Assembly: GCA_976226885.1 (NCBI GenBank)
Contig: OZ320318.1
Location: 32,984,001-33,048,000, forward strand
Reading direction: 5' to 3'
Length of the DNA stretch: 64,000 bases
Source: Iphione sp. A-MEVVRFRX5
Taxonomy: Eukaryota
The position numbers and the translations under genes were made by a program. Numbering within the stretch: the stretch's first letter is position 1; each line of letters opens with the position of its first letter. Positions 50,021 through 61,712 of this stretch are shown here, one piece after another. Below the pieces are notes generated by a model. It saw only the letters and a list, made by a program, of their open reading frames with translations, was not told where the DNA came from and did not search any database.

Positions 50021-51822
50021 TAAATAATCTAAGACGAACATGGGTATCCAAACCAACTGATGCTGCTGGAGCCAGCATGGAGGAAATGATTTGATTTGAA
50101 CATTTTTTTTATTGAGCCTCCAGTCTCCCAGTCGGGGTGCGCAAATGATGATTCCCTATTGGGGAATTTTAGGCTAGAGGTACTTATGAATAATGAAGGT
50201 GTTCCACCATTATGCTACTATGGAGGTTATTGCTTGTTCGGAGAAAACCCGGAAATCATGCTTAGTGCACAAGGACGGCATGGTTGGTAATACAAAAAAC
50301 AGCCTACCACCGATAAGGTATTTAAGGACATGCCTCAATTACAAGAGAGTAGGGACAACAAACACGTCCGGGAGTAAGTAGTAAACTGCTATAACAGTAT
50401 TAAACACACAGTACTTGGGAACACCGCGTACAGTCTAAAGGGAAAGCTCAGTTTGTTGGAAAAGAGCACATAAGATACAAGAGAACAGAATTTCTTCTCC
50501 ACTTGAACAAACACAGAAGGCACACTTTTGCTTGCAGCACAAAGCCAACACCATGGTGTCAGGTTCAATATCAGCCTTTTATTCTTCTTCAGCAAATCGT
50601 ACAGCGAGTCAGCAGTTCAGCGGCATCAGGAAGGCGAGTCTGGCGAGAGCATCAGTTCAACTCTCTTATATACTCAACCCTACCAAAGTGACTACACAGT
50701 CAAACCTCGAAGACCAGACATGGTTGTTTTATTACATGTCAACTGTACAATAGGTCATTATGTCTTAGGTATCATGATGTCACAGGTGCCTGGCATCCAG
50801 GGCATTGTAAGAGCTCACTGATAACATCTTCGTTGTTCACAAAGTGACTCGACATGAAATACAATGGCTTTACACTGTTTAATAGGACTATTTCCATTTA
50901 GTACTGAGATGAAGAACACAAGTACTTTCTAGCAAAAATTTTGTTTGTGCAATATGTAGTACTTCATATTAAGGCTTTACTTCAAGTACTTCTATCTTTA
51001 CACTGTACAACACAGTCTTTTAAGAACATAATTTCTAATGATACACCATCACCTATTATCCAGGCTGAGTTACATGCTGAGATCCGAAGCAAACATTTAT
51101 TTTTTCTACAATTACTGCAGAGTTGATGCCTGACTGTAAAGTTTCTGGAAAAGATATAACCCAAGATACGATCTACACAAGATGTATGTCTGCAGAATTG
51201 ATGATCATGGTGATCGTCTCTGGTGCTTGAGGTGTCTAGAAAACGAAAAACCACACACACAATATATGCAATTGTATATATTTGTATACTGATGTGATTC
51301 AATAAACCTGTTTCTATCAAACAGATACTACCTCCTCTTGGGAAACGACAGTGTCTCCCTAGGAGCAGGGCTCTCCCGAGACTATCTAATCCGTTCATTC
51401 AGTAGAAGCAGTCACCCGCCAACTGCTGAGCATCACCTACGATCTGTATTATATATACTTCGACTGTGATATCGAAGGTGATTCTCTCTAAGGCAATATT
51501 CCAATTCTTTCACGTCTGCTATAATATTTAACAGATGGAAAAACTTGGAACATCAGTGTGAGGAAGTTGATAATTCTCCAAGGAGAAAATGCTGTAATTT
51601 GTATATATTTACAGTCGTTTTGAGCTTATTTAACAAAAATATATGCCCAATGAATGAACTAACCTTCTAAAAATCGTTCAGAATCGGTCCATAAATATAT
51701 ACAAGTGGCGTGTTCGAATCCAGAGGAATAGATAGATAACTGGCGGCACATGTCTTTGCTGCCAGTAATTGTCACTTTGCATGTCACCTGAGATTCCCTG
51801 CCGTCCAGTGGTTACACGAACG

Positions 51823-51838
51823 ACAGTAGGTGGCGCTA
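51823..51838 (+). promoter_or_regulatory. CTCF-like motif
   Basis: ACAGTAGGTGGCGCTA against the consensus CCASYAGRKGGCRSYR. Motif match only. Confidence 0.3.
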
Positions 51839-54800
51839 TTAAGGCTCGGAAGGCTTCTACATGGTTAACAATACGGATGTGACAATTATTTGGCTAATCC
51901 TGCATCCAGTAACCACACAGTTCCATCTTCCCATTACTCAATTCTTATCAAATTTGATGTAGTATTTGAAGATGCATGTATATAGATCATCTGCTGGAGG
52001 ATTGGTTATATATATACGTTCCTTTATACATATATGTACTCGAATTTCCCATTTATGATCACCATAATCTTTTGTTAAGTATACTGAGCTTCAGATTATG
52101 GATGAACGTATTCTCTAGTAAACCAAAAGTAAAATCGATTCCACCTATTATTGGCTTAGATCAAACAGTAAAATTAATGGGCGATCACAATATTACCGAT
52201 GGATGCGATGCCTAGGCATGAGGGCGACTTTAGATTCCGTACTCTAACATACGCCTCAACTTTAATTGAACAGTGCATGAGGGGAAATTCGCAATGACAT
52301 TACGTTATGGAGTCTCCTTATGATTAATGAAAACAAGAATTTTAATTCGTACTAATGTTGTATGAAATAGTGTTCATCATCTTCTAAGAAGAGAAACAAA
52401 AGGAAGATTTACGCGAATTTTTCATGTGTGCGATGGAGCATTGAGGGATGCATCAATGCATTGATTGATTCGCCGTCCATCGATGCGTTGATATAGATCG
52501 CACAAGGATGGTAAACTGGCAAATGAGTCCCTACCTTGCGTTAATGGGTTTGGGCATTGGCTATATGGATATAGTGGTATGCTGCAATTGAATTCCAGCA
52601 CCAAATTATATCAGGACATATGATAAATAAGTTAAGGATACGAAAAGAGTATCTATATTACCTGCTCGGGTGGTATGTAGATGATACTTTTTGTGGAAAA
52701 TGAAGTTAATTTGATAGCTGCTACACTGGTTTTAAGTACCATCTTGAACAAAACAAAGATTTCAGCTTTGCCGTGTACACCTACATATTAATGTGTATCA
52801 AATGTGGCCAATTATTAATGATTTGATACACTGGGGAGTTCCTATTGTAACGAATTGCGCAGTACCTACGGGAACATCTTCAGCGTGATCATCTAATGAC
52901 TGGCATCTTAAGATGTAGTAAAGAGGTGACTGGATTGTAGAGGAGATAAAAGGTTTGAAAGAGGGATTTGATTCTTTGACGACAGGTCTGTTTACAGTTG
53001 GACTATACTGAAGGGGTGAATGAAAAAGAGCGTTTTGACGAAATCCTTAGGCGTTTTCAGATTGTTGGCACCCGATCATCGTGTTGAAGGAATTCTGCTC
53101 TATATGAAGGAGTGGGAAAGCCGCAAGACTGGAGGGAGAAATGCCAAGCCTCGGTGAAGTCGCGACTGCCAGCACGATGACGAAAGCATGCACTGTTCAA
53201 TTAACATCATCATAAGGTTTGATTTATTCATGAATATTTACAGTATCATAATGATTTTCCTCTAAGGAACAAGGTCATAAGAGTATTACTTAATTCCGTA
53301 CAACAATAATATAAAGTAAAATCCCCTAAATGCCCCATATTGCCTAACAATCTGCAGTATCTAACAATACATATATACCAATGGTTTCAATGCGCACAAA
53401 ATCATCTAGGTAGAGATAAATATAGTTACATCCCTTCCATTTCTTCAGCTATATTCTTTACGAACACCCAATGCATGGAGCCCCTAGTACAAAATATTCT
53501 GAGTTAATTTTACAGAGCTAGATGTCTTAATTCTAAGGTTAATAGGACCAAAAGGGATAGAGGAATTGGTAGATGCACAGAAGGTTGGAATATTGAACAG
53601 CAACACTCCTAAGGTTCCTAGTCTCTTTGGCAGAGAACTAATTCCCTGATCATGAGCACGTTGGTGCCAAGCAATTTATTTGAATTGCTTTTAAACGAAG
53701 ATCTTTGGTTTATCAGCAAGACATCTTGAATGTACTTCCCAAGACTTCTTGCCCATTGTGATAATCATGTAAACAAAAAGATTATTTGTGCGGTAACAAA
53801 CTACCTCAGTCCCACTATATTAATCTGACAATACTGTTTCCTAAATGGTTACTTGTTAAAAATAATAGAAAGTAGCTAATGGTTAGGGTACCAGTGATAA
53901 GGTAATTTTGAATATCGTAGGTAAGCAATGAAATTCTCCATAGTCCACATACTCTAGATAAATTATTATTGATCTACCACTACTGGTTATTCCCGTCTCC
54001 TGAAGTTCACGAGAAATAAGTTGAAATTAACACGGTGTCTTACGTGATGTAAAATGTAATACTCTTACGAAGAGAGCCAACCATCAATATAATACTGTGC
54101 TTTGATATGAGGCATACCTTTACCCACACAGACCCAAGTAGAGAGCAGAACCACAAATAAAATGTTTACCCTAGCTATATTTGTGCTGAATACCTGGCTT
54201 CATCGAACCGCAGCCATTCACCAAAGTCATCAAGCGGGGACTGGGGCCATTGCATAATGTTGCTTACATTCCCCATCCCTTGCCCCTGCTCACAGAGTTT
54301 CCCTTGATGGAACCTCGTTACAGTTACAAGAAAATCGGTAGTTATCATCCTGACCAACATTAGATTGAGTGGAAATTGAATACTACTTAGTACGTGTACT
54401 TTCAAAGCGCTCAGAGTAGAGTAATTACATATGGGATATCTAAAGTATTAAGTCTGGATAAATTCTAACCCGCATTTATCAAAACTACCACATATTTATT
54501 GTAACTTAAGCACTTGAGAATAATCTTAGATACGAGGTTCTGAACAATTAGATTGTTTGTTATCTTCTCTGTTAATCCGATTTATAACTGCCTATATCTA
54601 GCTAAATGCTTTTATTGCATTCTGACTCATCATTATTCTATAAGGCGTGCTAACCTTGCAAGGGATTAGATATGACAGAGTTTTGAATATTTTGTTTGCC
54701 CAATCTGTGCGCCGGCAACAAACTAGTCTCCCAAACAACATATAGCACACTCCCGAATATTTGGCCGCCTGAGCCTCGTGTTCGTGCTATCTTGAGTTAC

Positions 54801-56542
54801 GTGATCTGTCCAGGAAGTTGAACTCTCACTGCCGGCGTCTTTTTAGCGCTGGTCCTCCGCCCAGAGCTCTTCCGTTGGCGTAGAGGGAGGAGCTATGTAG
54901 AGGAAGACCGTGCCAATTCACATTCAATCTGTTAAAAAGTGTCATTTAACCCCTTTCTAACTGGCCATAAGCCTAACTGGCCTGATAAGCCTAACAGATG
55001 TATAAAAAGAAGGCTACATGAAGTCTGGGTATTAATTCTCCAATTAGTGGATGATTTATGTACTAGAGGGTGTAAGCTATATAACTATCCATAAAATTCT
55101 TTTGTAATATATGGAATCATTATGATGGTCACATAACTTGCCTGTAAATTACTTTTTTTTTACAAATCATTTTTGCAAGTTATCACCTCTTCTGAGTATC
55201 AGTAATGCTCTATAGCAGACAAATTTCATGTAACTTTATAATGAAACTAGGTAATTTTGTTGAATAATCCTTTGTTTTTAATAGAATTTTGGAGCTATTG
55301 CAGTTGAACACCAAGTTTGAACACCTAGCCAACATAAAAACGTATGGGTGACGACATGCTGACACATGGTTTGTTTTGGGTATCAACTGTTTCTTTCATC
55401 GAAATTTGTTTTTTTTTATAAATAAAACCACTAAGTGTGTGTAATACCCCAATTTATATGTGTAGAGTTATCTTCAATAATCAAAATACAAAGTGATCAA
55501 TTTCCGACCAAATCAATATCTGACCATTCTCACCCTCTGACCAACCTCTGTGTGGTCATATCTATTTATGTTATTACCGATTACCAACCATCTGAAGTCA
55601 TGCTCAAAGGAATAATGATAGAAGTGACGGTTTGAAGTCTATACCCCTTGAGTTGCGGTCTAAACCTACCGATTCCCAGTCTAAACCTAAACCAGATTGG
55701 TGGTCAGAAATAGTTTTCATTTTACTTTGAAAATAAGAAATACAGTGAAAATCACTACAGATTTTCTGTTACAGACCTACTTTTACATAAATACTGGTAT
55801 AACTTAATATTGTGTAATGTAAATGATGTTCACAATCATATATTCTTGGAATGGGGAATCTGGGCACTTTTGCTCAGTAAACTGTGAACAAAGGGTTGTC
55901 AAACCAAATTTGATACTGAATTCTATGATGTCATATGGATCCAGTGTGGTATATTCATTGATTTAGTGTTAATCTAAATGATCAAACTAATGTCTAGATT
56001 TATATCCTTGTCTAAAAGTTTTTTTTTCAGCAAAAAATACTGCAGAGGTGAAGAGTGGGTGATAATCAGGGAGTTTCTGCATATTCTCATGTAAACTCTA
56101 AGGCCTCTTGAAAACATACTAATGGTAATCTTGACATGTGCACTTTGTCTAAAGGTAGTTCTACATGTGTCTCCATTATAATGCCAGTGGTGGCTTTGAA
56201 ATCAAGGCCAAATGATTATAATGGACATAAACATTACAATAGCTCAAAGAGAGAAGCCACTACCTTTCATCTCCACCCCAGGCAGCCTGACCTATATATA
56301 ACTAAGGGTACCAGTCTTATCAGCCACTGTGACGTCATGCCCACTTGAAGAATGTGTATCCTTCAGAAACATTTTGAAGTAAAAGTTATATCAATTTGAA
56401 GTTGTTATACACTAAAACTAATACTTTAGTGTTAACACTGTTTCCATAGTAACCATATAATTTCTTAAATTGCAGACAACATTGACATTCTTTTTGATCA
56501 AAACATACATTGTCTCTTATAGAAACTGATTGGGTCCATGTG

Positions 56543-56558
56543 TAATAAAAAATTGTAT
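56543..56558 (+). repeat. 16-bp target-site duplication of the Penelope-like element (other copy 61715-61730)
   Basis: TAATAAAAAATTGTAT on both sides. The last 5 nt overlap the terminal repeat start. Confidence 0.8.
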
Positions 56559-56820
56559 TATAGTAGGATAACACACCAACACAACGCAGAAAGTGAAGTT
56601 TAAGACGGCTTTAATTGAAAATCCCGACGTTTCGGCTGGAATGTTGCCTTCTTCAGGGGTACATAATGCTAGATTATTGTCTCTAAAGTACCTTTTTGGG
56701 CTGCTTAGGAGCCTACCGTAGAGGTCTATAGTAAACAATCCAATAGTGTACCTTGACTGTGATTAAATATTTCTATATGTTAAATTAATGTCTATTCATG
56801 AATAAAGGTTGATTAAAAAT
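56554..56820 (-). repeat. 3' pLTR (267 bp)
   Basis: Identical by eye to 61446-61712. Confidence 0.95.
56623..56659 (-). ncRNA. Minimal type I hammerhead ribozyme in the 3' pLTR
   Basis: Minus strand: CCC-CUGAAGA-aGGC(loop)GCC-GAAAC-GUC-GGG. This contains the CUGANGA/GAAA core, stem II, the palindromic mini stem III typical of PLE hammerheads, and a GUC cleavage triplet. Confidence 0.85.
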
Positions 56821-57088
56821 CCTCCATCTCTGGAATATAATTGATTCAAGCATAGCTGCCGTCAACGTGTCTTGGTTAAATATATATCAACTGTCTGAAC
56901 GAGTCTCTGGGTAAATACGAAGGTTAAAAAGTGCAAAGTCTCTGTAAATAGATAACGTCTTTGTAGATGGGAACAAGAATATCACAACAGTAAAATATCA
57001 CAGTTATAAATCACACAAGAATATCACAGTTGATTAATCAACGACCTGGAGTAGTGGCAGTGTTCATATGAAATGCAATAAATATACA

Positions 57089-58024
57089 TTACTGATTGTT
57101 AAACCTCTTGTGCTTAAGTAATCCGAGTCGAATCATTTCCTGTTTCATGACCTGTCCTATCGGTTGGTGTAACTTGTTTATGATTCGCCACTGATCATAT
57201 AACACCTCGTTGATAGGTACATATCCTGCATTGGTAGCGTATTGTCCATAAGGCCTGGTGTTGTTAGAGTCACTATGGTGTATCGGCGTAGGTACATAGT
57301 CAGCGCCTGGTTTACGGTAGGCGTCAGGACGGCGTAATGGGACATATTCAGGTACGTATTCCTCATCAGTTCGTACGACCTTACGGCGATCACCCGAAGC
57401 ATCCACCCGATGGGGCGGAGGCCGGTCACCATGGTTAATGCGCACAGTCTTGCTTGTGTTCGTCTTGCCTGTTGGTCTTCTTTCGTCCATTTCGTCATCT
57501 GGTAGGTTGTGCGTACCCTTAAGTACACCGCCCTTGGTGTTCGGCTTAGCTGGTTGTGTCTTGTGGGAAGTCTTGTTGTTACTCTCTCCTTTGAACCGGG
57601 CCGCACTGTGTACTTGTTCGTCGTCACTCTCACTGTCGCTGCTGATCATGAGGTCCTCCTGGAGTTGGGAGTCGCTCGATGCATCTGATTTGCTGTCCGA
57701 CAGACAAACGCGCCTGCGTTTGTTGTTAGTCGGGTGTGGTGGTTTAATTGTAACGCCTGATGTTGATGGTTGCGGCTGAGGCATTACTGGTTTGGCAGAT
57801 GATGATGGTGTTGATGAACGCACATTGTTGTTGCTGCTTGTTTTGTCTTTCGTGACACTAGACTTGGTTCCGTTCGTCTCGTGCTTGCGTTTCAGTAACT
57901 GTACGAGCGGGTGTAAGTCGCGTTGGGTTCTTCTCGCAGTTGTGTCTATCTCCTCCTCGAGCTTCAGGTCGGGCATGGACGGAGGTTTGTTGACCGGTAC
58001 TGGTGGCTTTGGGGTGGTTCCCAC
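57089..58024 (-). CDS. Low-complexity S/P/T/K-rich accessory ORF in the PLE (probable C-terminal part of the ZnF ORF)
   Basis: 311 open codons, basic and acidic tracts, repeated YVP motif. Overlaps the ZnF ORF in another frame. Confidence 0.6.
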   Translation of the reverse strand: MGTTPKPPVPVNKPPSMPDLKLEEEIDTTARRTQRDLHPLVQLLKRKHETNGTKSSVTKDKTSSNNNVRSSTPSSSAKPVMPQPQPSTSGVTIKPPHPTNNKRRRVCLSDSKSDASSDSQLQEDLMISSDSESDDEQVHSAARFKGESNNKTSHKTQPAKPNTKGGVLKGTHNLPDDEMDERRPTGKTNTSKTVRINHGDRPPPHRVDASGDRRKVVRTDEEYVPEYVPLRRPDAYRKPGADYVPTPIHHSDSNNTRPYGQYATNAGYVPINEVLYDQWRIINKLHQPIGQVMKQEMIRLGLLKHKRFNNQ

Positions 58025-58493
58025 ATCTGGTTTGGCGGGGGTCCCTATAAACAGATGGGGCTGGGATCAGTCTAAACTTAACGTTTGCGGGAGTCACGGT
58101 CGGGTCCCGCCAGTATTCAGTGCGTTTAGGTGGTTTCTTTTGTCGTGGTACAATTATCACATTATTATTAACCGGGAATTCAAAGCCATGCGATAGGCAC
58201 TGGTGTCGTCTAAGAGTACGGCGATTAACATATGTTCGTTTGCAAATACAGACATATTTACCTATGCATGAAGGTAGTTGTTCATCGGGGTTATCGAGGT
58301 GCATGCTGTTTATGTGTCGCAGGAGACTTCGCTCGCTTTTGACCAGCTTCCGACAGTTCTGTATTGGGCAGCGGACCCAATTGAACTTCGGAGTTTGGTT
58401 GTCGGCCATTCTCGATGCTTTCTTGATGGTATGTGGTGGTATAATCGGCGGCTTTACGGTGGTGCGGTGTTTAAACCAACTGCGGATGCTCAT
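57858..58493 (-). CDS. C2H2 zinc-finger accessory ORF in the PLE
   Basis: CPIQNCRKLVKSERSLLRHINSMH and CICKRTYVNRRTLRRHQCLSH. ATG lies 80 nt after the RT-EN stop. Confidence 0.7.
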   Translation of the reverse strand: MSIRSWFKHRTTVKPPIIPPHTIKKASRMADNQTPKFNWVRCPIQNCRKLVKSERSLLRHINSMHLDNPDEQLPSCIGKYVCICKRTYVNRRTLRRHQCLSHGFEFPVNNNVIIVPRQKKPPKRTEYWRDPTVTPANVKFRLIPAPSVYRDPRQTRCGNHPKATSTGQQTSVHARPEARGGDRHNCEKNPTRLTPARTVTETQARDERNQV

Positions 58494-58573
58494 TCTGATG
58501 TACTAAAATGGGCCGGTTAGTGTACTAGCGCACAGCATCATCATGAATGTGGATGACGTCATCACTTCTGTTG

Positions 58574-60937
58574 TCATAGTTTCCCATTCATCCCGTGGGG
58601 ATTCCCTGTTGCGAGGGTCCGTATCCACGCTTCTTCGAGCCGCAGGCGAGTGTTTTTGTCTTTCCCAGTGTTGTCAACTGCGAAAAACAATAGTTCAGAC
58701 GGGTCTATGTCATGATCTAGTAGATGTTTGACGCATGGAGCTTCTCTTCGTTTGGTGCGAAGATTATATTTATGTTCTCGGATTCTCAAATGTAGTGCCC
58801 GACCTGTTTCGCCGACGTATTGTCGGCGGCATGCCGGACACATCAGAATGTAAACAACGTCTTTGGTTGTACATGTGTTGTTTCCGATTATTCGGTGTCG
58901 TTTGCCCGTGCTGGTTGAAGTGACAAACGGAGCTTGGACTAGATGTTTGCAGGTTTTGCATCCAATTTGGTAGCATGGTTTACTTCCATGCTTCACCGGG
59001 GCCTTTGGTGGAAAGTCTGAGTTACACAGGATGTCCCGGAGGTTTAGTGTACGTTTAAATGCCACTAGTGGTTGGTACAGGTGTACCTGAGGGTTGTTTT
59101 GTTCCGTGATGAACAATCGTGCCCTCTGCAGTATGGTCCTAGTCGACCAATGTAGCTTATGGAAGTCGATGACAAACGGGATTACTTTGTTGTTGGTGGC
59201 TTTTCTTTTTTCCAATAATTTGTGCCTGTCCATAGATCGTACTGTGCTGATAGCTTCTTTGATTTTGTGGTGTACATGGCCCCGTAGGGTTAAGTGCTTC
59301 AGCAATTCTCGCCTGTTAGTGTCATAGTTCTTGATCTCAGAGCAGATGGTTCTGAGTCTGATGGCTTGTGAGTACGCTATCGAGTCTTTCTGGTGTTTGG
59401 GGTGGTGTGAGCGGTAGTCAAGGTAGAGAAATGCATCAGTTGGTTTGTGAAAGACAGTTGTCTGGATCTTGTTATGAGCATCCCTATACACAGTAGTGTC
59501 CAGGAAATTAACCGTTTCTCGATTTAGCTCATGCGTGAATTTGATGGAGTGGTGTAGGGTGTTTAGCTTGTTGAGGCACTCAGTTATTTCATCCTCTGTC
59601 CCTCGCCAGATGCTGAAGATGTCGTCGATGAATCTTAGCCATAGGCGTGGTTTAATGTCTAGTTGACTTATAATCTGTTGCTCCAAGTTTGCCATGAAAA
59701 TGTTCGCGTAATTTGGGGCCATTTTTGTGCCCATGGCGGTTCCTTGTGTTTGTAGATAGTATTTATTGTCGAAGCATATGAGGTTGTTCTTTAGAACTAG
59801 TTCAGTCAGGTGCGTTGCTGTCTTGTGGTCAATATGTGGTGAGTTCTGGCGGTTCAGAAGGTTTTCTACCGCTTGTATACCTTCCTCATGAGGAATCGAG
59901 GTATACAATGAGCATACGTCAATTGTACACATCCAGTCGTCATCATGTAATGTGTCGTATTCAGACAATTTTACAATGAAGTCTGTGGTATCTCTAATGT
60001 AGCTTGGCAACTTTGGCAGATACGGTTTGAGTATTGCATCTAGGACTTTGCTGATACGGTCTGTGGGACTGTCTATACCAGACACTATAGGGCGGCCTGG
60101 TGTTCCGACTTTGTGGATTTTGGGCAACAGATATAAGGGTGATGTACGTGGGTGTTTTGGTGTCATAAGGGGGACAGATTCTAGAGGTAGTTTGCCTTCA
60201 AGTGCTAGGTTCGTTAGTGTGTTGTTGATTTTGGTTACAGTGTCGAGGCATATGTCATGTGTTAGTTGTTTATAGGTTGTGGCATCAGATAGTTGTCTTA
60301 ATCCTTCCTGTCGATAGTCTTCCTGGTTCATGATTACAATCGCTCCGCCTTTGTCAGCGGGTTGTATGACTATTGACGTATCCATTTTGAGGGTTCGGAG
60401 GGCAGTTTGTTCTTCTATGTTGAGGTTATAAGTAATGTGCTGTGATTTCAGTTTCATCATGTGAGAAAGTACATAGTTGCAGGTTGTGTCGATTTCAGGG
60501 CTGATATTAGGTGGGGGTGTCCAGCCCGTGGACTCTTTAGGGTAGACTGATTTATTGGTGAAGTTCCGATTGTCATCTTGGAAGTAGTGCACTAGTCGTA
60601 AACGTCTTGTGAACAGTAGTGTATCCCGAATGGTGTGTATTCTATTCGGTGGTTGTGGCGTAGGAACAACGCTTAGACCTCGACTGAGGACAGAGATTTC
60701 AGTGGGAGTTAATTGTCGGTCAGACAAGTTCTTGATCTCTTTGCCTGTTTGGTTATTCTCACGGTGGTATTTCTTGAATCGGCGATTTTTTTGTCGCGTC
60801 GGTCTCTGAGTTGTTGTTGTTGGTTTTGTTGTGTCGTTTCGATCAACTCGTTGATTAGTTCCCTTGTTTCGTCTGAGCATTGTGATTTTAGTTGCTCTTG
60901 GTAAGTCTTCAGTTGATTTTCTAATATATGTACGCAT
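58574..60937 (-). CDS. PLE reverse transcriptase + GIY-YIG endonuclease
   Basis: YLLPKIHK.GTPGRPIVS, DVCSLYTSIP, GTAMGTKMAPNYANIFM, WLRFIDD, PCYQIGCKTC, VVYILMCPACRRQYVGET...RIREH and LEEAWI. Confidence 0.95.
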   Translation of the reverse strand: MRTYIRKSTEDLPRATKITMLRRNKGTNQRVDRNDTTKPTTTTQRPTRQKNRRFKKYHRENNQTGKEIKNLSDRQLTPTEISVLSRGLSVVPTPQPPNRIHTIRDTLLFTRRLRLVHYFQDDNRNFTNKSVYPKESTGWTPPPNISPEIDTTCNYVLSHMMKLKSQHITYNLNIEEQTALRTLKMDTSIVIQPADKGGAIVIMNQEDYRQEGLRQLSDATTYKQLTHDICLDTVTKINNTLTNLALEGKLPLESVPLMTPKHPRTSPLYLLPKIHKVGTPGRPIVSGIDSPTDRISKVLDAILKPYLPKLPSYIRDTTDFIVKLSEYDTLHDDDWMCTIDVCSLYTSIPHEEGIQAVENLLNRQNSPHIDHKTATHLTELVLKNNLICFDNKYYLQTQGTAMGTKMAPNYANIFMANLEQQIISQLDIKPRLWLRFIDDIFSIWRGTEDEITECLNKLNTLHHSIKFTHELNRETVNFLDTTVYRDAHNKIQTTVFHKPTDAFLYLDYRSHHPKHQKDSIAYSQAIRLRTICSEIKNYDTNRRELLKHLTLRGHVHHKIKEAISTVRSMDRHKLLEKRKATNNKVIPFVIDFHKLHWSTRTILQRARLFITEQNNPQVHLYQPLVAFKRTLNLRDILCNSDFPPKAPVKHGSKPCYQIGCKTCKHLVQAPFVTSTSTGKRHRIIGNNTCTTKDVVYILMCPACRRQYVGETGRALHLRIREHKYNLRTKRREAPCVKHLLDHDIDPSELLFFAVDNTGKDKNTRLRLEEAWIRTLATGNPHGMNGKL

Positions 60938-61257
60938 GTTATGTAGTACTTGAGCAGTAGGTTGGTCAGTGTTCTGCTAAATTCAAGATGGGCTTTTTCC
61001 CATTTGATCGTGAAGTCCAGATCTTGGTCTGGTATTTGCGCTGGCACTTTGGCTTGTAGGCCCTTGGGGGTTGTGTTTCGGTCAAGGCATATCTGAAGGT
61101 AACTTGCATGATGTTCTGCCTTGGTTTTACCTAGTGCCACCTTCCGTAGGATGCGAAAGTAAGGCACTATATTATCTGGAATGCGCCGTGTTGGCGCAGG
61201 TGAGGGTGACCTTGATCGGTGGTCTGGGACTTGTAGTGTGTTTTGGTTGGTTGCCAT
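60709..61257 (-). CDS. N-terminal domain of the PLE ORF (out of frame with RT)
   Basis: HHASYLQICLDRNTTPKGL resembles the PLE N-terminal H..FL..C.....PKGL motif. It joins the RT frame if one A is added to the A7 run at 60786-60792. Confidence 0.75.
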   Translation of the reverse strand: MATNQNTLQVPDHRSRSPSPAPTRRIPDNIVPYFRILRKVALGKTKAEHHASYLQICLDRNTTPKGLQAKVPAQIPDQDLDFTIKWEKAHLEFSRTLTNLLLKYYITCVHILENQLKTYQEQLKSQCSDETRELINELIETTQQNQQQQLRDRRDKKIADSRNTTVRITKQAKRSRTCLTDN

Positions 61258-61445
61258 TGAATGTGCGTGTGTTCGATAGGCCAGTAGGGCTGTGAGGCCT
61301 CGTGTCCTCAGATCCTATGAAGGATACTAGGTTACAGTCCTGTGTAGGAAGTTCGTAAGGTTGGTGGTAACCAAATGAGGACGGGTTGGCTGGCTCTCAG
61401 GGTTGTGGATCCCAAGTGTAGGATACCGGTGTGGAATCGTAAAGA

Positions 61446-61712
61446 TGTATTATAGTAGGATAACACACCAACACAACGCAGAAAGTGAAGTTTAAGACGG
61501 CTTTAATTGAAAATCCCGACGTTTCGGCTGGAATGTTGCCTTCTTCAGGGGTACATAATGCTAGATTATTGTCTCTAAAGTACCTTTTTGGGCTGCTTAG
61601 GAGCCTACCGTAGAGGTCTATAGTAAACAATCCAATAGTGTACCTTGACTGTGATTAAATATTTCTATATGTTAAATTAATGTCTATTCATGAATAAAGG
61701 TTGATTAAAAAT
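61446..61712 (-). repeat. 5' pLTR (267 bp)
   Basis: Identical to 56554-56820. Confidence 0.95.
61515..61551 (-). ncRNA. Minimal type I hammerhead ribozyme in the 5' pLTR
   Basis: Same sequence as 56623-56659. Confidence 0.85.

Larger units (their letters stand above)
56554..61712 (-). mobile_element. Penelope-like retroelement, Neptune-type, with two direct pLTRs
   Basis: RT followed by a C-terminal GIY-YIG endonuclease with a CxxxxCxxC linker, identical terminal repeats, hammerheads and a TSD. Confidence 0.95.

Noticed and set aside
51712-51721. GTTCGAATCC B-box-like motif suggesting a tRNA or SINE
   Set aside because: No A-box or cloverleaf around it.
60786-60792. Programmed -1 ribosomal frameshift in the PLE ORF
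   Set aside because: The in-frame heptamers (C AAA AAA, A AAA ATC) do not fit X XXY YYZ. A simple indel is more parsimonious.
57438-61295. Plus-strand ORFs overlapping the PLE and minus-strand ORFs overlapping element 1 (7618-10286)
   Set aside because: They are antisense shadows of genuine TE ORFs with no independent motifs.
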